Origin: an uncultured delta proteobacterium
GTDB lineage: Bacteria > Myxococcota_A > Polyangia > Polyangiales > Polyangiaceae
Direction: 5' to 3'
NCBI GenBank assembly: GCA_963806225.1
Contig: CAWDXG010000004.1
Span: 4,288,001-4,352,000 of the forward strand
DNA: 64,000 bases
Shown here: positions 59,609 to 64,000 of the stretch, in pieces
Position numbering within the stretch: the first letter of the stretch is position 1
Layout: every line of letters begins with the position of its first letter
The notes under the pieces: generated by a model
Databases searched by the model: none
What the model saw: the letters and a program-made list of their open reading frames with translations, nothing else
Told to the model about the DNA's origin: nothing
Translations under genes and position numbers: made by a program

Positions 59609-61498
59609 GCCCGTAGGTAGGATGAACGCCCTCTGCTCGCTGCTCCTGGTTGCCCCACGTCACTCTCGCTGCCTCTGCCGGACAGACTACGCCTCGATCG
59701 AGCTCCGCGGAAGGCGCGCCGGCGTGGCATCCGGCCCCCCGCGCGTGGCCCGCGCACGACCACCCTGCCGCCGGTCGGATCCCCGCCCTTGCGAGCGCGC
59801 GTTCAGGGCACGTCGAACAGCTCCGCCTGCACGGGCTCTCCGAGCCGGCGGCGGATGACGCGGCTCTTGAAGAAGGGTGGCCCCCTCGCGGGCGCGAGAG
59901 TGGGCGGCTCGGTCGGCTCGCCGAGCCAGCGGAAGTAGCGCACGATGCCGGCGGCGGTGACGACGAGGGCGCGGAGCTTCATCCTGCCGCCACAGTGGTC
60001 GCAGTGCTCCACGTCGATTTTGAAGCTGCGGCGGAGCAACTCACGCCACGGACGATATCCGCAGCGGTGCGTGGGCGGCTTGTCCTTTGTGTTCGCGCAC
60101 GTGGCGCAGTGCGCGTCGTTGTCGTTCTTGTCGTCGTCGTCGTCGCGCGGCGGCGGCGGAACAATGCGCGCTCTCCATTTGCTGTGTGCAGCGAGGACCC
60201 CGCCGTACCTCACCGTATTGAAACGCGGGGGATGCACGGCCGCCGCGAGTCGTGCCAGCAGGGACAGAGGGTCTAGATCGATTGCATAGGTTCCATCACT
60301 GAACGGCCGCTTCAGGATCAGCCGCACGAGATCGTCGCCGGCGAGCTGGACGCGCTCCTGCGAGATCGGCGGCCGCAGGATGTACTTGCAGAGCGCTTCC
60401 TTTCCCGCGGCGTCGGTGGCGCTCGCGGTGGTCGAGGCGTGCAGCGACAAACCGCCCAGGGTGGCGCAGAGCGCCTTGGTGTGGAGGAGCCTGGCTTCGC
60501 CGCGCAGCGTGATGGGATCGCGCCGGCGCAGCGCGGGGCCTGCCGGCACGGTGCCGAGCGTGGAGGCGACGGCGAGCTGGGCGAGCGCGGGCTCGCTCTC
60601 GGCGAGCGTTGCGTCCGCGCTGACAACGCTCGCGCCGCTGCCGCTGCCGCTCTCGTCGGCGTCCGTGATTACGCGCTTGCGTCGCAAGAGCGCGAGGATG
60701 CGCGCGCGGGCGATCTGCAGCACGTCGGCGACATCGTCGTTGGTCAGGAAGGGCAGCGGATGGAAGCGGAGCTCGCCGTCCGCGTCCTCGACCCGCTCCT
60801 GCCGCCGTCGATGCCGCGCTCGCGCAGGCGGCGGCGGTACCAGCGGAGCACCGAGTCGACGAAGGCGTGGCAGACCGCGCCGAGCAGCCCGGCGTCGTAG
60901 GCGAGCCGCGCCCTGAGCTCGAACGGCAAGGTGAGCACCCACTGCCTGAGCGGCACGCCCGGCGGCAGAACGTGTTCCACAAGGTCCGCAGCGCCGGCCG
61001 CCATGCGGCGGCCCAGGCATGATGGGCACAAGGAGCGGCCTTTGCAGGAAAACGCGACGACCCTCCGCCTCTGGCAGTCGGGGCACGCAAGCACGGAAAA
61101 TCCCCGCGCCAGGACCCCGCAGTCGATGTAGCGCTCGAGCTCGTCCTTGACGAAGCCGGAAAGCGGCGCGGCGAAGCCCTGCTCGGCGGCGGCGTAGAGC
61201 GTGCAGAGGTTGCCCTGCACCACGCGGTACAGGGCGGTCGCTTCCGGATGGCGGCGCGAGTACGTCGGCTTGGCGCGCGCGGCAGACGCGGCAGACGCGG
61301 CGAACGCGGCAGACGCGGCGGACACACCGCGCGCCTGCGCAAGCGGCGTGCCGGCACGGCGGAGCGGTGATTCGCGCTATTTCGTGCGCGCGGCGGGGTG
61401 GCGACACGGCGGTCCGCCGGTGGCGGCCGCCAGCGCGACGCGCTCGGCTCCGTGGGGCCCCCTGTACCGGCCGGGCGCTTCGCCCGGCCTTGGCGGGC
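59609..61498 (-). mobile_element. ISCR-like element B2
   Basis: Direct repeat of 53054-55052. Confidence 0.9.
59803..61325 (-). pseudogene. ISCR-like transposase inactivated by an 82-bp deletion removing the HUH motif
   Basis: Bases equivalent to 54256-54337 are missing at 60792/60793, causing a frameshift. Confidence 0.9.
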
Positions 61499-61732
61499 AA
61501 GCCCAAGACGATCACCCCTTCACGCCACCCGCCGAAGTCGTCGATGGACGTGCCGTCGCCCGTGTAGTTGCCGTACTGGTCGAACGGCAGCTCGCCGCGC
61601 TGGGTAGCGCCGCCAAGGCCCGGCGGCTTGGTCTGCGGGGGTTGGACGACGCGGAAGGGGTGGCGGACGCGGCCGGCCGCCATGCGGCGGCCCAGGCACG
61701 AGGGACACAAGGAGCGGCCTTTGCAGGAGCCT

Positions 61733-62107
61733 ATGACGCAGGAAGCGCGGGACAATCAACTCCGAGCATGGAAAGCCCGCAGCGAGGGGCGCAGAAGTGC
61801 CGAGTACGCGCTCGGGGAGGAGTATGGCGATGGCTGGGCCCAGCATGCTGCCGACCTGAGCGAGATGGCGGCTATCATCCACGAGCAGGTTATCCCCGAC
61901 TTCGAGCACGACAACTGGCTCCGGCTGCTTCGTGCGTATCCCAGCATCCTTCCGTTCATGCAGGCCCAGGAATCCTACGTCTCCACCAACACCTTCTTCG
62001 TGAAGGGCTTTCTGGAAGGAGCGGTGCGGCGCTGGAAGAGCGCCATGAGCCCGCCGAGGCGTCCGTCTGCAACCAGGAAGAAGGGCGCTGCGAAGGAACC
62101 CTCATGA
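61733..62107 (+). CDS. Hypothetical protein, probably the complete copy
   Basis: CAGGAG RBS; ends in an ATGA overlap suggesting a lost downstream gene. Confidence 0.65.
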   Translation: MTQEARDNQLRAWKARSEGRRSAEYALGEEYGDGWAQHAADLSEMAAIIHEQVIPDFEHDNWLRLLRAYPSILPFMQAQESYVSTNTFFVKGFLEGAVRRWKSAMSPPRRPSATRKKGAAKEPS

Positions 62108-62114
62108 GCACCAG

Positions 62115-62689
62115 CCTGGCCTGCGGATCTCGCCTGGAGCCGCTCCGCCCTCGCCGGCATCCGCACTCTCCGCCGTCGCACCGCCGTCGGGCGAAAGCTC
62201 GCTGGCCTTGACGCGGCGCCCTTCATACGCGGCGTCCGCCGTCGCGTGCTCGATGGACTCGATGCGGAAGGTCGCCCAGCGCCGGCGCGCGCGCGCGGCC
62301 TCGGGAACGTTGTCGCCCACGTCGAGCCAGTTCCTGGCCTGTCGTGTCGGTTCCTCGGCGTCGCCGGCGTCCGCGTCGGCGTTCATGAGCACCGACGCCA
62401 GATCCATGCTCACGGTTCCGCGCGTCTTCGTCAGATCGAGCAGGTCGACCTGCAGCTCGCCCCGCGCGACCCGCAGCGTGCCGCTCGGCGCGGCCTTCTT
62501 CGCCTTCAGCGTGAAGCTCGCGCGCCCTTGGGGCTGGATCGTGTAGCGCACCGTCAAGCTGGGCCGCGCAGCGCTCGGCGCCGGGTGCGCGCGCCACGGA
62601 GCGCTGTGCGCGGGCGCCGCGGACTTGTCGTGTTTCTTCGAGCAGGCGGCGAGCGCCAGGACGGCGACGACAACGAGCAGGCGGCGCAT
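62115..62689 (-). pseudogene. YceI-like lipoprotein, 3'-truncated
   Basis: LAAC lipobox; G.L.VDL.DL..TRG.V..DL.S..WL..ATF.I; breaks near 62115. Confidence 0.65.
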
Positions 62690-62907
62690 CGGGCTCCGCC
62701 CGTGCGATGAACTCCACTCGAACCCGACCGCAATCGATGCGGGTCGTATGCGCCATTCTTCCCGGTATCGGTCGCGGCCGTGAGCCCTGTCCGTGGCAAC
62801 GTCGGCCAACCAGAACCCGAGCAGGGCCGCTCCGAGGTAGCCGGTCGCGGCCTGGTCTGCAGCGCTGTAGTCGCGCCGAGCCGAAGAAGGTGCGACTTGA
62901 TTGAGGG

Positions 62908-62939
62908 GAGCCGGATGCGGAATTCCGCACGTCCGGATC
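62908..62939 (+). other. Isolated group II intron domain V-like hairpin
   Basis: GAGCCGGATGCGG-AATT-CCGCACGTCCGGATC with AGC triad and AC bulge; no RT gene nearby. Confidence 0.65.
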
Positions 62940-63009
62940 TGCTGGGCGGTGATGATGGCAGGGGCGCCGCACGCGGGAAAGGGTCAGCGACAGCGCGGGG
63001 AGGTAGCTC

Positions 63010-63669
63010 TCAAGGAACGCGGCAGGTTCCGAGGTTCTCGGAGGGTTTGCGATCGCAGGTGGACTGGGCGGGTTGGGGTTGGCAGGAGCTGCAGTCGGTG
63101 GCGGTGGTGCAGCCGAGCTTCTGGTAGAGGGATGCCAGCTGGTCGAGCGTCGTCTGGTCGAGCTCGGCGCCGACGTACCAGCAGGCGCCGAGGCCGATAT
63201 CGCAGTGCCCCGCGATCACCTTGCAGTCGCTGTCCGAGATGCAGTTGGACACGGCCTGTGACCCGACCTGCCCGGGCGTTGCCGTCAGCACCGCCTTCGA
63301 GACCGCGAACGCATAGGCCTTCGCGATGGTCGGACAGTCGGCATGGGTGGAGACGCAGGTTGCGCTCGTGTCGCTCGTCTCCACGCAGCCGCCGTTTGCA
63401 GGACACGGGCTCACGTCGTAGCAGACCGTGTCATCCCGGCACGCCGCCAGATCCGCGCCGCTCTGACACCACCTGAGCGGCGTCTTCGGATCCACCATCG
63501 GGCACGCATAGCATCCGCATTCCGTTGCGCAGGTCGTGCCACACTGCGGCGCCAGCTGCCGCTGGCAATCGACCGGTATCCGCCCGCCATTTCCATCGCC
63601 CGAGGTGCAGGCGTTGCCACCCAGGCAGAAGGCGAACAGCAACGCCAGGGATAGGTTGCGCGTCCTCAC
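63010..63669 (-). CDS. Cys-rich secreted or lipoprotein
   Basis: GTG overlapping the upstream stop; signal peptide ending GNAC. Confidence 0.75.
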   Translation of the reverse strand: MRTRNLSLALLFAFCLGGNACTSGDGNGGRIPVDCQRQLAPQCGTTCATECGCYACPMVDPKTPLRWCQSGADLAACRDDTVCYDVSPCPANGGCVETSDTSATCVSTHADCPTIAKAYAFAVSKAVLTATPGQVGSQAVSNCISDSDCKVIAGHCDIGLGACWYVGAELDQTTLDQLASLYQKLGCTTATDCSSCQPQPAQSTCDRKPSENLGTCRVP

Positions 63670-63974
63670 GGTGGACAATGGCAGACCCAGGTCGAGCCCG
63701 GATGAGCACTGGGGTCGGCGCAGTCGCTCCGGTACGTGGAGCAGTCACAGGTCGTCCCCGTGAGCAGACAGCACTTGGTCGCCGCACACGTAACTTTATT
63801 GGGCATGCTGTAGTTTCCGATGCACTCGCAGGTGGACTTGTCGTTGCTCTGCGAGCAGTACCAGTTGGAAGCAACGGGTGCTGGATTCTGACACGTCGGC
63901 GAGCCGCTCGCTGCTCTCCCCCCCGAGCAGCCCGCAGACAAGGCCAGAAGCGCAATGGCCAGTGCACGTCTCAT
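63666..63974 (-). CDS. Small Cys-rich lipoprotein
   Basis: MRRALAIALLALSAGC lipobox. Confidence 0.75.
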   Translation of the reverse strand: MRRALAIALLALSAGCSGGRAASGSPTCQNPAPVASNWYCSQSNDKSTCECIGNYSMPNKVTCAATKCCLLTGTTCDCSTYRSDCADPSAHPGSTWVCHCPP

Positions 63975-64000
63975 GTGCAACGACGTACACCCCGCCGCCG

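Noticed and set aside
59803..61755. 650-aa ORF as an intact long transposase
   Set aside because: It is a chance read-through: the 57-bp repeat, a foreign fragment and an off-frame stretch join the C-terminal half after the 82-bp deletion, and there is no HUH motif.
55611..64000. Integron cassette array
   Set aside because: No tyrosine integrase and no attC-like RYYYAAC..GTTRRRY sites seen; most gaps are too short.
1..64000. Many long Arg/Ala/Pro-rich overlapping ORFs; rRNA and tRNA genes
   Set aside because: The ORFs are shadow frames of high-GC genes, and no rRNA or tRNA was recognised by eye.

Overview
GC-rich bacterial DNA, most likely Myxococcota (Polyangiaceae-like), judged from the Ser/Thr kinase-PEGA operon, the many Cys-rich lipoproteins and a MYXO-CTERM-like tail. 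It is an accessory mosaic with no rRNA, tRNA or CRISPR. The main structure is a set of five co-oriented ori ends of an IS91/ISCR-like HUH rolling-circle element at 15715, 41267, 45608, 53054 and 59609, in two subfamilies. They cut the window into head-to-tail modules of ori, transposase or remnant, and cargo. Only one transposase looks intact (53248-54879). The others are truncated, internally deleted or reduced to a 32-bp stub. The largest cargo (about 25.5 kb, between 449-bp direct repeats) is an NO-reduction and micro-oxic respiration island: norCBQD with a di-haem NorC, a divergent cbb3-like oxidase, cytochrome c', NnrS, three hemerythrin-like proteins, DUF2249/SufT proteins and a sigma-54 activator, with recognisable sigma-54, FNR-like and Fur-like sites. 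The rest holds many spliced gene fragments (gyrA, parC/gyrA2, comM, istA/istB, multihaem cytochrome, RCC1, SdpB-like, YceI, group II intron domain V), an IS481-like DDE+ATPase element with two orphan ends, and stacked orphan lipoprotein genes. All calls come from reading motifs by eye with no database searches, and an assembly chimera cannot be excluded without reads.
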